A stretch of DNA of 64,000 nucleotides from an uncultured Nitrospiraceae bacterium (GCA_963706325.1 CAVPLT010000001.1:512001-576000); one strand, 5' to 3'; shown: positions 41,169-50,772, numbered from the stretch's first letter. Notes: generated from the letters alone by a model not told the origin. Numbers and translations: made by a program.

Positions 41169-41942
41169 ATGCGCGATGTGCTCACGGCTCCAGGCAAGCG
41201 AGTGCTCGATCGGATTGCGGAACAGGGCGCGGCGTTGTTTGCGTTCGATTTCGATGGGACGCTGGCCCGCATCGTTCAAGATCGGGATGCGGCCGTCCTC
41301 ACGCAGCCCATTCGAGACGCCCTCCATGCTCTAGCCCTGAAGGCGGGCACCGCGATCATTTCCGGTCGCGCGCTCGTCGATCTACAACCGCGCGTCGAGG
41401 GTATTCCCACCCACCTGATCGGAAATCACGGACTGGAAGGGTTACACACATCCGAGCGGGTCATGCATCAGGCGCGGGACTGTTGCCGTGCCTGGCTCAA
41501 GACGGTGCTGAAGGAGCAGCAGATTCTCACAAAAACCGGAGTCGTCGTGGAGGACAAGACCTATTCGCTGACATTCCACTATCGCCAGGCCTCTTCCTCA
41601 CAGGACGCGCGGGAAGCCATCTTTCATGCGGCGGCGTTACTCAGTCCCGCGCCGCGGCTGGTCATGGGGAAATCGGTGGTGAATACGATTCCGCCCGGCA
41701 GCCTGCACAAGGGATCGGCGATGCTGGAGTTGATGCACCAGCTGCAGAGCCCAGCGGCCCTGTACGTCGGAGACGACGATACCGACGAAGATGTCTTTTC
41801 ATTGCCTGACGAACGCATTGTCTCGGTGCGCATCGGGAAAAAGGCCACATCCGCCGCCCGGTTTTACCTGGAGCGGCAGTCGCAGATCGGCTTGTTGCTG
41901 CAATATCTCGCCGAGGCTCGCGGCCGGGTGTCTGTGCCCTAA
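41169..41942 (+). CDS. otsB: Trehalose-6-phosphate phosphatase
   Basis: FDFDGTL, ISGR, GNHGLE, HKG, GDDDTDED. Confidence 0.92.
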   Translation: MRDVLTAPGKRVLDRIAEQGAALFAFDFDGTLARIVQDRDAAVLTQPIRDALHALALKAGTAIISGRALVDLQPRVEGIPTHLIGNHGLEGLHTSERVMHQARDCCRAWLKTVLKEQQILTKTGVVVEDKTYSLTFHYRQASSSQDAREAIFHAAALLSPAPRLVMGKSVVNTIPPGSLHKGSAMLELMHQLQSPAALYVGDDDTDEDVFSLPDERIVSVRIGKKATSAARFYLERQSQIGLLLQYLAEARGRVSVP

Positions 41943-42161
41943 TCACCCTGTGCTGCCATTTGTTTTTACAACGCTGGCGACAATCTGTGTGCATCCCTAG
42001 CCACTGCTCGCGCCGCGACAGAGCTACCTCTAGTTGAAATTTGTTAGAAGCTACGCCATGCGCAACTGCATCCCCGGTGGTTGGTGGAGTGGCTCCGACG
42101 AGGATGTATGGCGGGGGAAATATCCGATGCATTCTGACAGTCTGTGGTGGAGGAACTGAAG

Positions 42162-42980
42162 ATGATGGACTATCGTATCAAGCCCGGCTGCCGTTTCGCG
42201 TTGAAAGACTTCGATCCTGATGAGACGGGGCACTATAAGAAAAACGACGTGGGGAAAGCTCAAGCCAAATCTGCTGCTGACGGACTGATCGCGAAACTCG
42301 ATCAGCTGCAGGAACGGCTCTACGCGAATGGGAGCAGGGCTCTGTTGATCGTCCTCCAGGGAATGGATACCAGCGGAAAAGACGGCACGATCAAGAGCGT
42401 GATGTCCGGCGTCAATCCGCAAGGGTGTCGCGTCGCGTCGTTCAAGGCTCCCAGCGAGAGAGAACTCGGTTACGATTTTCTGTGGCGCGTCCACCGTGAG
42501 GTTCCCCCCAAGGGCTACATCGGCATTTTTAACCGGTCGCATTACGAAGACGTGTTAATCACGCATGTGCATGGATGGGTGTCGGACAAAGTGATCACGC
42601 AACGGCTCGATCAAATCAAGGAGTTTGAAGAGATGCTGGCCGAGAACGGCACCACGATCTTCAAGTTGTTCCTGCACATTTCCAAAGACGAACAGAAAGA
42701 GCGGCTGACTGAACGGATTCGCGATCCTGAGAAGCGTTGGAAGTTCGACGAAGGGGATCTCGAGGAGCGTAAATTGTGGGATAGCTATATGAAGTCGTTT
42801 GAACGCGTGCTCTCGGCAACCAGTACCTCTCATGCGCCTTGGTATGTAGTTCCCGCGAATCGGAAATGGTACCGCAATCTCGTCGTGGCTGAGCTGGTTG
42901 TTCAAGTACTTATGGCGATGAATCTGTCTACTCCTCCGGCTCCCAAGGGCGTGGATTTCAGCAAGTTGAAGATTGTGTAG
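42162..42980 (+). CDS. ppk2: Polyphosphate kinase 2 family (class III-like)
   Basis: QGMDTSGKDG, FNRSHYEDVL, PWYVVPANRKW. Confidence 0.92.
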   Translation: MMDYRIKPGCRFALKDFDPDETGHYKKNDVGKAQAKSAADGLIAKLDQLQERLYANGSRALLIVLQGMDTSGKDGTIKSVMSGVNPQGCRVASFKAPSERELGYDFLWRVHREVPPKGYIGIFNRSHYEDVLITHVHGWVSDKVITQRLDQIKEFEEMLAENGTTIFKLFLHISKDEQKERLTERIRDPEKRWKFDEGDLEERKLWDSYMKSFERVLSATSTSHAPWYVVPANRKWYRNLVVAELVVQVLMAMNLSTPPAPKGVDFSKLKIV

Positions 42981-43215
42981 CAGGATGGGGAAAAATGCTG
43001 CCGGCTGTGTTCTCGCGAGACACTGCCGCCTCACTATCTCGGCGGCGTTCACAAACGTGACGCGCTTTATTCAGCGCGTCGTGAACCTCCGAGGCTCAAC
43101 GCACCGCCATGGGAAAAGAGCCTGTCCCGTCAGGCTTGGGGTGGGCGGGTAGGAAGGCGTGGCCTCGTCTCCTTGCATCGCAGCGGCCGCCCGCACAGCC
43201 TTTTTTCCCATCCTG
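42981..43215 (-). mobile_element. MITE-like structured repeat, copy D (inverted, internally expanded)
   Basis: Terminal IRs CAGGATGGGGAAAAA / TTTTTTCCCATCCTG; reverse-complement core blocks GTTCTCG, CTCAACG, GCGGCC; two added hairpin inserts. Confidence 0.75.
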
Positions 43216-43360
43216 CTGGTGGATGAGCTGAGGTCCGAAACCCATCGAATCAGGATCTCAATGGCTGTTCGGTCTGACGTCTCGCCGTTCCAATTCCAGC
43301 GCTCATGTGCAGTCCGCAACTATGCTGCCGAAGTGACCTTGTAAATTCCCTTAACCAGGA

Positions 43361-44248
43361 GTGCTCACCATGCACAAATTATGGCCCGTCCTTATCGGTA
43401 ACCTCATGCTGAGCCTCTGTCCCTTCACGGTTCGCGCCGCAGACTTTGAAGGCGTGCTCCATATGTCCACCACCCACCCGGCCACCAACAGTGCTAGCTC
43501 CATGGACTGGTATCTGAAAGGCGATAAGGCGCGTGTGGAAATGTCCCGGGGCGAAGGTCAGGCGAATGTCATGATTTTCGATGCCCAAACCAGGATGATG
43601 CAAATGGCTATGCCTGGGCAGAAGACCTATATGGAAATCAGCATGGCGGGAGAGCGCGGGCAGCATCTGAAGGAAGCGCTTGATAAGCAGACCGTCGAGC
43701 GCACGGGAAAGACCGATAAGATTGCCGGGTATTCCTGTGAGGTCTGGCGCATTACAGACAAAGAGCATGATCGGTTGAAGAACGACATTTGTGTGGCAAA
43801 GGGCTTCGGAAAGGCCGCCACGTTCTGGGTCGATCCGAAGGAGATGCGTCGGTCCTCCCAGCCCAGTTGGGTGAAGCAACTGGTCGAAGAAGGCGGATTC
43901 GGACTGCGGAGTATCCACTACAATGAAGCGGGGAAAGAGTCCTCGCGCATGGAAGTGACGAGCATCGACAAGAAAAGGCTGGATCCCAGCCTGTTTACCT
44001 TTCCCGTCGACTGGGCGAAGCAGGACATGTCGGCGATGCAAGAGCGGATGAAAGTGATGCGTGATCAGAAGGGGCAAGGCGGCGGGGACTTTTCAGAAAT
44101 GGCGGAAGAAATGAAGAAACGCAAGGCCAGCCGGGGCGACCCCCCGGCGGCCGCTGGCGGGAATGCCCCACAAACGGATGTGAAAGAATTGATGAAACAA
44201 TTCGGTGAAATGTTGAAGAATCAGCCGCCGTCGCCAGGCGGACAATAG
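43361..44248 (+). CDS. Secreted DUF4412-like protein
   Basis: Signal peptide; ADFEG, TGKTDKIAGYSCE, LDPSLFTFP. Confidence 0.75.
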   Translation: MLTMHKLWPVLIGNLMLSLCPFTVRAADFEGVLHMSTTHPATNSASSMDWYLKGDKARVEMSRGEGQANVMIFDAQTRMMQMAMPGQKTYMEISMAGERGQHLKEALDKQTVERTGKTDKIAGYSCEVWRITDKEHDRLKNDICVAKGFGKAATFWVDPKEMRRSSQPSWVKQLVEEGGFGLRSIHYNEAGKESSRMEVTSIDKKRLDPSLFTFPVDWAKQDMSAMQERMKVMRDQKGQGGGDFSEMAEEMKKRKASRGDPPAAAGGNAPQTDVKELMKQFGEMLKNQPPSPGGQ

Positions 44249-44341
44249 GTCTGTTGTTCTTTTGGAGAACGAAAAATGCTGAACTTCATGGGCGGGAGGC
44301 GACTAACAAGTTTGTGGCATCTCGTGCGGAAACAGAGATCC

Positions 44342-44434
44342 CGGTTACACTGGTCCAGTGAACCGATCGCCACCTCAATGAATATACCTAGGTATAATTT
44401 TTGCCTTGACAGAATTTTCTAAGGAGCGTAAGAC
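44342..44434 (+). promoter_or_regulatory. Promoter with two upstream palindromes
   Basis: CGGTT-A-CACTGG-T-CCAGTG-AACCG (44342-44365); perfect TATACCTAGGTATA (44383-44396); TTGACA-17 nt-TAAGAC (44406-44434). Confidence 0.5.
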
Positions 44435-44440
44435 GGAATT

Positions 44441-44860
44441 GTCACTCTAGACGCTGTGTTCACCGTGACGGGGCCATGAACAGCGCGCGCCTGTTCGGAA
44501 CACCTCGCCACTCCTCAAACCGGGGAGGTTCACAGATGGAAGAACTTACGCCGCCGGACTAGGACGGCCCGCAGAGTTGAGGGCGGTTTTTTCGTCGGTC
44601 GTGTTAGCGGGTTCTTCAATGGCTGGTGCCTCTTGGCACTGTCCGCTATGTCGGATGTAGCCTGTAAAAAAAGAAGAACCAGGCTTAAGCGCGAGGCACA
44701 CCACGTATCCTGGGATCTGACGTCCCCCGACGAAAATTCTGATACCCATTCTTCTCGACCGGGTCTCGACTTCAGTCAAAAATGCATCATGCTTCTAGGC
44801 GTCCCAAGCGCCATCCACGGGCGACCTCCCACCGTAGTGTAGGGTCGCCCGTGGCATTTT
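44441..44860 (+). ncRNA. Candidate structured sRNA or leader RNA
   Basis: Downstream of the promoter; several stems; ends in a 12-bp hairpin CCACGGGCGACC/GGTCGCCCGTGG (44815-44854) plus CATTTT; no convincing ORF. Confidence 0.3.
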
Positions 44861-45074
44861 GTGCGCCTTCTTCTTCAACGGTTGGTCTATCCCGTATGGT
44901 GGCTTTCCAATCGGTATGGCTATGCGACGACCACTGTCTCTTGGATGCAGGGTCGTGTCTCATGTACAAGAGACATCCAGTGGTTGAGATGGTCGCATCT
45001 TCGCCGATCGTGAAATGAACCCGTCATCGCGCCGATGGCGGGTTGTGACTGCAAATGGAAAAGGGCCGGTAGAA

Positions 45075-45776
45075 TCAGATGCGATCCGGAAAGTCCGAGA
45101 TAATCCCATCGACACCCAGGCCGCGCATACGCTGAAGGTCTGCAGGGTCATTGACAGTGTAGGTGAAAACAAGCCGTCCCAAATTGTGATAGGTCTGAAG
45201 CAATATCGGTGTGACGCTCGAAAAATGTAGACCGACATGAGAGGCCCGCACCGCTACGACATCGGCGACGGGATCTTGAGGAAGGTTGCGCGGCAGCAAG
45301 ACCATGAGCTTGGCCAACGGATCGACCTGTCGAACGCGGTGCAATTCATCCATCATGAATGAGGCGTAGATGAGAGGATCGCGAAACCCGGTACGTTTCA
45401 CGATTGCGCAGGCGTCGTTTCCAATTCCTTCCACTTTGAGCTCGAGAATCATCCCCATATGGCCTGCGGCAATTTCGAGAGCCTCCTCCAGCGTGGGTAT
45501 TCGCTGCCCCTTGCCTGCATCGAGCCGTTGTACTTGCTCAAGGGACATGCCAGCGACAGGCCCGGTTTTATTGGTCGTGCGGTCGATGGTGTCGTCATGC
45601 AGCAGGACGAGATGGCCGTCGTTGGTTTCCCGCAGATCCACTTCGATGAGATCCGCGTGGAAGGATCGGGCTTTCCAGATAGCGGCGAGGGTATTTTCAG
45701 GGGCGTGGCCGGCAGCCCCCCGATGACCAATGCGAAGGGTGGAAGCGATAGCGACCTCGTGTGAAAGGGCTTGCAT
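45075..45776 (-). CDS. Glycerophosphodiester phosphodiesterase
   Basis: IGHRGA..PENT, IEVD, HD.T.DRTT, IPTLEE, YTVN, GIISD.P. Confidence 0.92.
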   Translation of the reverse strand: MQALSHEVAIASTLRIGHRGAAGHAPENTLAAIWKARSFHADLIEVDLRETNDGHLVLLHDDTIDRTTNKTGPVAGMSLEQVQRLDAGKGQRIPTLEEALEIAAGHMGMILELKVEGIGNDACAIVKRTGFRDPLIYASFMMDELHRVRQVDPLAKLMVLLPRNLPQDPVADVVAVRASHVGLHFSSVTPILLQTYHNLGRLVFTYTVNDPADLQRMRGLGVDGIISDFPDRI

Positions 45777-46010
45777 GTCCCACCCCGAGCCGGTATCAAA
45801 CTGTCCGCGGGGGACTTGTTCTTAGCCCCACTTCACTACCATATTTCTCGTATGTCTGCAAAGAATGGGAGAGGAGGCGGTATATCCGGCGAGAGGAAGT
45901 CTGCCGCGGTCGACATATTCATTAGCTCCAGCGGGTAAATAGAGAATCTTCCTCACGTTTCCTTATCGGCGGCTGTTACGGAAGTCGCCAAGGTCAGAAG
46001 GAGGGATACC

Positions 46011-46499
46011 ATGCTTGTTCACGAAGTGATGTCCACCGGTGTCGTAACAGCCCGGCGAACCGACTCCATACTTTCCGTGGTAACTAAGATGCTTAGTCGT
46101 CACTGCGGTGCAATTCCGGTCGTGGAAGACAACGAGTTGCTGATTGGCATGGTGACGCTACGCGATGTGCTTATCCCGCTCTACCCCAATTACGGCGAGT
46201 ACCTTCATGATAACGTCCACAGCCGTGATTTCACTGAAATGGAAGAAGGCTATGCGGATGTGCTCGATCAAAAAGCGGAAGACGTGATGAGCTTGAATCC
46301 TCTGACCGTTTCTCCACGCACGCCGGTTCTCGAAGCAGCCTCCTATATGGGAGTGAAGAATTTTCGCCGGATTCCGGTGGTGGACAAAGGGAAGCTGGTG
46401 GGGATGGTGAGTGTCGGCGACGTCAATCGAGGGCTCTTTTTTACAAGAGGCCATGTACCGATCGAGAGGAATGCGATCACGCAATCTTCCGGACGATAG
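46011..46499 (+). CDS. CBS-domain protein
   Basis: Two CBS repeats (VHEVMS..IPVV..GMVT; DVMS..IPVV..GMVS); SD AAGGAGG. Confidence 0.9.
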   Translation: MLVHEVMSTGVVTARRTDSILSVVTKMLSRHCGAIPVVEDNELLIGMVTLRDVLIPLYPNYGEYLHDNVHSRDFTEMEEGYADVLDQKAEDVMSLNPLTVSPRTPVLEAASYMGVKNFRRIPVVDKGKLVGMVSVGDVNRGLFFTRGHVPIERNAITQSSGR

Positions 46500-46591
46500 C
46501 CGGGTTGCGAGAGCGAACATCCAGCCCGTAGAATAAGATTTCACCGAGGTTAGAAAAGCAGACGGCATGATCCGTCAGCGAAGGAGGTGCG

Positions 46592-46942
46592 ATGGGGTTG
46601 GCCGATCAGTCATGTGTACCTTGCCGCGGCGGGGTTCCTCCCCTGCCGGCAGATCGCACGCAGGCCTTACTGAAAGAATTGGGACATGGGTGGGCTCTGA
46701 ACCCAAATGGACATCTCGAACGCCTCTATACATTCAAGGATTTTTTGCAGTCGTTGGCGTTCGCGAATAAGGTCGGCGCCGTGGCTGAAGCAGAAGGCCA
46801 TCATCCCGATCTCTATGTAGCCTGGGGAAAATGCAAAATCGAGATCTGGACACACAAAATCAACGGACTCACGGAAAGTGATTTTTATCTTGCCGCGAAG
46901 GCAGATCGTGAGTTTGAGCCGTTTCGAGCAGTCGCTGGCTGA
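46592..46942 (+). CDS. phhB: Pterin-4-alpha-carbinolamine dehydratase
   Basis: CVPCRGG, EGHHPD, WTH.INGLTESDF. Confidence 0.9.
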   Translation: MGLADQSCVPCRGGVPPLPADRTQALLKELGHGWALNPNGHLERLYTFKDFLQSLAFANKVGAVAEAEGHHPDLYVAWGKCKIEIWTHKINGLTESDFYLAAKADREFEPFRAVAG

Positions 46943-46981
46943 TCATTCACCCTGCATGTTGTACGACGGTCGAGGTTTCAC

Positions 46982-48844
46982 ATGAGTGACATGGCCCAGG
47001 TGGCGCTCGTCAACATGCCGTTCAGTTTTTCAAAATATCCATCCATCCAATTGGGGACCCTTTCCACATTGTTGAAGTCGAAGGGGGTCCACGTCGATTG
47101 TCATCACCTCAATGTGCGTTTCGCCCACAAGATTGGGGTGCCCCTCTACGAATTGATTTGTGAGAAACGCGCGCTCTTCGGCGAATGGCTCTTCTCCTAT
47201 CTCCTGTTCCGCGACAACCCCAAACGCGCCGAATATCCCCGGGTGTTCAAGCCGGTGTTCGAACAGATCGCCCGCGAGAGCGGTCATCCGGTCTCGTTCT
47301 TCGAGGAGATGGCCACGCGGACAGCGCCACAGTTCTTGACTGCGGCGATGACGGCCATCGATTGGGGCCAATATAAGATTGTCGGATTTACCTCAACCTT
47401 CGATCAAAACGTGGCCAGCCTGACGATGGCGAAGCTCATCAAGGATTTGTACCCGGACGTGCGAATTGTGTTCGGCGGCGCCAATTATGACGGCGAGATG
47501 GGGCTGGAGTATTTTCGTGCCTTTCCCTTCATCGACCATGTGGTGGTCGGCGAAGGCGAAGTCACCTTTCCGGCGTTGGTAGCCCATGTGTTGAGTGGGT
47601 CGACCGGAGCCTATCCCAAGGGGGTCACCTACCGGCAGGACGGCAAGATCGGCTATGAGCCGAATCCGGCCCTCTTTACCGAATTTGCCGAAACCGGACC
47701 GCCGGACTATGACGATTATTACCATTTGTTGGCTGAACTGGGTACCGAGGCGTCACGTGGTTTGGATCGCATTCTTTTGTATGAAGGATCGCGCGGTTGT
47801 TGGTGGGGCGAGAAGCACCATTGTACGTTCTGCGGCCTGAATGCGCAGAGCATGAAGTTTCGGGCGAAATCATCTGAGCAAGTCGCGCGTGAGATGGCGT
47901 ATTTATCGAGCCGCTACGACACCACGCGCTTTCGTCTCGTCGACAATATCATCGACATGAAATATGTCGAGAATCTCTTCGGCGCTTTTGCGGAAGACCG
48001 CCGCGATCTCGATGTCTTCATCGAAACCAAGAGCAACTTGCAGAAGCACCAGATACGCCTGCTTGCCACCGGCGGGGTGAAATGCATGCAGCCTGGACTG
48101 GAGAGCCTAAGTCAGCCGCAATTGCGCGCGATGGACAAGGGCGTCACTCCGATGCAAAATCTCGTGTGCCTGAAATGGTGCTTCTACTATCACGTGGCTG
48201 TGTCCTGGAACATTCTTCTGGGTTTTCCCGGCGAGACCAACGACGACTACCGCCGCCAGATTGATTTGCTGCCCTCGCTTTTTCATCTGCAGCCTCCTGA
48301 AGCGGCTGGAAGGTTTTGGCTGGAACGGTTTAGTCCGTACTATCTGCGCCCCCAAGAGTATGGCATTCGCATCACCGGCCCGGGGATGCCCTATTCCTAT
48401 GTGTACGATTCCCGGCAGGTGGATCTCGCAAAAATAGCGTACGATTTCGAGTATCAGATAGATCAGTGGCTTGTGGATCCGGAGGTCTATCAGGAATTAG
48501 TCGAGACCGTGCAGGAGTGGCAACGGCGTGCCTCCTCGTCGGACAAACCGTTCCTGTACTATTCGAAAGCCTTTGACTATGTCACGGTGTATGACGGGCG
48601 TACGGCGTCGGCGCCGACGCGGGAACGATTTGACTGGCCTGCCTCGGTGGTCATCGACCAGTGTAATGAAGCGCCCAGGTCCCTGGAGCAAGTGCGAGGG
48701 GCATTGCGGGAATATCCTGACAAGGGTGAAGTTTCGGAGACAGTGTTGCGGGAAGCGCTTGCGCGATTGACGGCAGCACGAATCCTCTACGAAGAGCGAG
48801 GTAAATACTTTACTCTAGCCATTCCGGAGCATCCCTACTGCTGA
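46982..48844 (+). CDS. B12-binding radical SAM protein, RiPP-maturation C-methyltransferase type
   Basis: LVNMPF..PSIQLG, GFTSTF, GGAN; CX7CX2C (GCWWGEKHHCTFC); QPGLES, WNILLGFPGE. Confidence 0.88.
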   Translation: MSDMAQVALVNMPFSFSKYPSIQLGTLSTLLKSKGVHVDCHHLNVRFAHKIGVPLYELICEKRALFGEWLFSYLLFRDNPKRAEYPRVFKPVFEQIARESGHPVSFFEEMATRTAPQFLTAAMTAIDWGQYKIVGFTSTFDQNVASLTMAKLIKDLYPDVRIVFGGANYDGEMGLEYFRAFPFIDHVVVGEGEVTFPALVAHVLSGSTGAYPKGVTYRQDGKIGYEPNPALFTEFAETGPPDYDDYYHLLAELGTEASRGLDRILLYEGSRGCWWGEKHHCTFCGLNAQSMKFRAKSSEQVAREMAYLSSRYDTTRFRLVDNIIDMKYVENLFGAFAEDRRDLDVFIETKSNLQKHQIRLLATGGVKCMQPGLESLSQPQLRAMDKGVTPMQNLVCLKWCFYYHVAVSWNILLGFPGETNDDYRRQIDLLPSLFHLQPPEAAGRFWLERFSPYYLRPQEYGIRITGPGMPYSYVYDSRQVDLAKIAYDFEYQIDQWLVDPEVYQELVETVQEWQRRASSSDKPFLYYSKAFDYVTVYDGRTASAPTRERFDWPASVVIDQCNEAPRSLEQVRGALREYPDKGEVSETVLREALARLTAARILYEERGKYFTLAIPEHPYC

Positions 48845-48882
48845 GCCGGGGCCGGCATTCGCTCACTCCGCGTTTCTCTCGG

Positions 48883-49215
48883 CTACATCGAGAGCTTATC
48901 AGCCACATTCCGCATCTGCACCCCGTGCACGAGTGACGCCCCGCCGCGGATGGCGCAGGCGACATGCACGGCCTCGGTCATCTCTTCGGTGTTCGATCCC
49001 TTTTCGAGGCAGGCCTGTGTGTACGCATCGATGCAGTATGGGCATTGAACGGAATGTGCGACTCCGAGCGCGATGAGGGCCTTCTCGCGTTCGCTCAACG
49101 CCCCTTCCGCAAACACCGCGCTGTAGTAGCTCATGAACTTTTCCCACAAGGCCGGATTGCCTTTCCCCATGTCTGCAAATTTGCCGAGATCCTTCGAGTG
49201 ATAGTAGCAATCCAT
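48883..49215 (-). CDS. AhpD/CMD peroxidase-like protein (arsenosugar-biosynthesis-associated type)
   Basis: EGALSEREKALIALGVAH.VQCPYCIDAY...AIRGGASLVHGVQM. Confidence 0.85.
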   Translation of the reverse strand: MDCYYHSKDLGKFADMGKGNPALWEKFMSYYSAVFAEGALSEREKALIALGVAHSVQCPYCIDAYTQACLEKGSNTEEMTEAVHVACAIRGGASLVHGVQMRNVADKLSM

Positions 49216-49303
49216 GGAAGACCTCACAGGATGAGTATTCGGGTGGGCGCTCACGAGAGCCGGCCTGTACGCGTCGGGGGTTACACGCCGTGCGCTGATA
49301 TGA

Positions 49304-49573
49304 CTATGCGTTTCCTTGGGGAGGAGAATCAGTCTGGCTCAGATCTTCTGAAAATCGATGGCCCACAATCGTGGTGACCTTGTTCATCAACTCGCCGAGC
49401 TCTTTCCATTCGTCCGCGCTGAGATCCGCCTTAATTTGAGGGTGAATACCCCATTCGGCATTCACGAGTTGTCCTTTGCGCGAGACATGGACGTGCAACA
49501 ATTCGACATCCCAGACATCCTGAGTTTTTGATGATGATCCGCTAGGTTTCTGTGGGGGAACTTGGGTTGCCAT
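49304..49573 (-). CDS. Hypothetical protein
   Basis: SD AAGGAG; 89-aa ORF co-oriented with its neighbours. Confidence 0.65.
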   Translation of the reverse strand: MATQVPPQKPSGSSSKTQDVWDVELLHVHVSRKGQLVNAEWGIHPQIKADLSADEWKELGELMNKVTTIVGHRFSEDLSQTDSPPQGNA

Positions 49574-49700
49574 GGCCTGGATACTCCTTCACGCTCATGT
49601 GAGAGGGGCATGATACCTCATCGATCGCAGTACTGTACATGGGAGCGGCCGGATCTGTTGATCTCGCCATCTCGCGCTCAGAACGGGAGAGTGAGAAACG

Positions 49701-50516
49701 TTAGGGCTGCCCGAAGCGTGGCTGGAGGCCATTCAGTAATTGATCGTGGATAAGACCGTTCGTAGCGACGAGTTCCTGCCCGTAAAGAGAGAACTGCCCT
49801 TTCGTAAACCCAGAGACGAGTCCGCCTGCCTCTCGGAGAATCACAATTCCCGCCGCCATGTCCCAAGGGCTGAGGGTGACTTCCCAATAGCCGTCGAAGC
49901 GGCCGGCCGCGACATAACAAAGATCCAACGCGGCTGAACCAGTGCGGCGTACGGCCTGTGCGCGGAGAGAAAGGCGCGCAAAGTGATCCAGATTATTGTG
50001 TTGCGTCTCGCGAATGTTGTACGGAAAGCCGGTCACCAGCAAGGACTTGTCGAGAGTGTCAATCGTCGAGACGCGGAGAAGCTCGCCGTTCATGCGGGCT
50101 CCCTGCCCCGCCACAGCGGTGAACAATTCGTGGCGTACGGGGTCCAGGACGACACCTAACATGCACTCACCGTCATACTCGAGTCCGATCGAGACAGAGT
50201 AGAACGGAAATCCGTGCGCGAAATTGGTCGTTCCGTCAAGGGGATCGATGATCCATTGGTACTGCGAATTGGCCGTTCCGTCCTGACCCCGCTCTTCAGC
50301 CAGAATGCGATGCGAGGGATATGCAGCCAGAAGTGTTTGAACAATGCAGTCTTCGGCTCGGCGATCTGCATCGGTCACAAGGTTGATGGCGGATTTATAT
50401 TCGATGCGAAATCCTGAACGCGCATGTTCGCGAAGCACAATTCCTGCTGCCTGGGCGGCTCGGACTGCGGTTTCGAGCAAAGTGGAACAGTCTGAAAGTG
50501 ATGGGACATTCATCAT
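49701..50516 (-). CDS. suhB: Inositol monophosphatase
   Basis: LVTDAD, WIIDPLDGTTNF, GSAALD, WDMAAG. Confidence 0.92.
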   Translation of the reverse strand: MMNVPSLSDCSTLLETAVRAAQAAGIVLREHARSGFRIEYKSAINLVTDADRRAEDCIVQTLLAAYPSHRILAEERGQDGTANSQYQWIIDPLDGTTNFAHGFPFYSVSIGLEYDGECMLGVVLDPVRHELFTAVAGQGARMNGELLRVSTIDTLDKSLLVTGFPYNIRETQHNNLDHFARLSLRAQAVRRTGSAALDLCYVAAGRFDGYWEVTLSPWDMAAGIVILREAGGLVSGFTKGQFSLYGQELVATNGLIHDQLLNGLQPRFGQP

Positions 50517-50593
50517 GTGGTGCGATTTCGCATTCTACCATGAGTCGCAGCGAGACGTGCTTGAAACATCAATGAATGTCAGGCAGCGCATCG

Positions 50594-50606
50594 TAACTAA
50601 TTGATA
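50594..50606 (-). promoter_or_regulatory. IHF consensus site
   Basis: Reverse complement TATCAATTAGTTA matches WATCAANNNNTTR, in an AT-rich divergent intergenic region. Confidence 0.5.
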
Positions 50607-50772
50607 AATATAGATATGGTAAACGCTTGTTCTTGGATGGCAAGGCTTTGTTTGAAATTGAATGCACTCTAGTTATACATGCATAGCGTGCGATCAAAAA
50701 GTAATGAGCGATGACTTGACAGAAATCAGTTGCTTTGCTATAAAGCAAGTATGCTTTATTGAGGACTTGCTT

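Noticed and set aside
44670..44695. AGAACCAGGCTTA resembles the 3' conserved end of RNase P RNA
   Set aside because: The obligatory GAGGAAAGTCC partner of helix P4 is absent upstream
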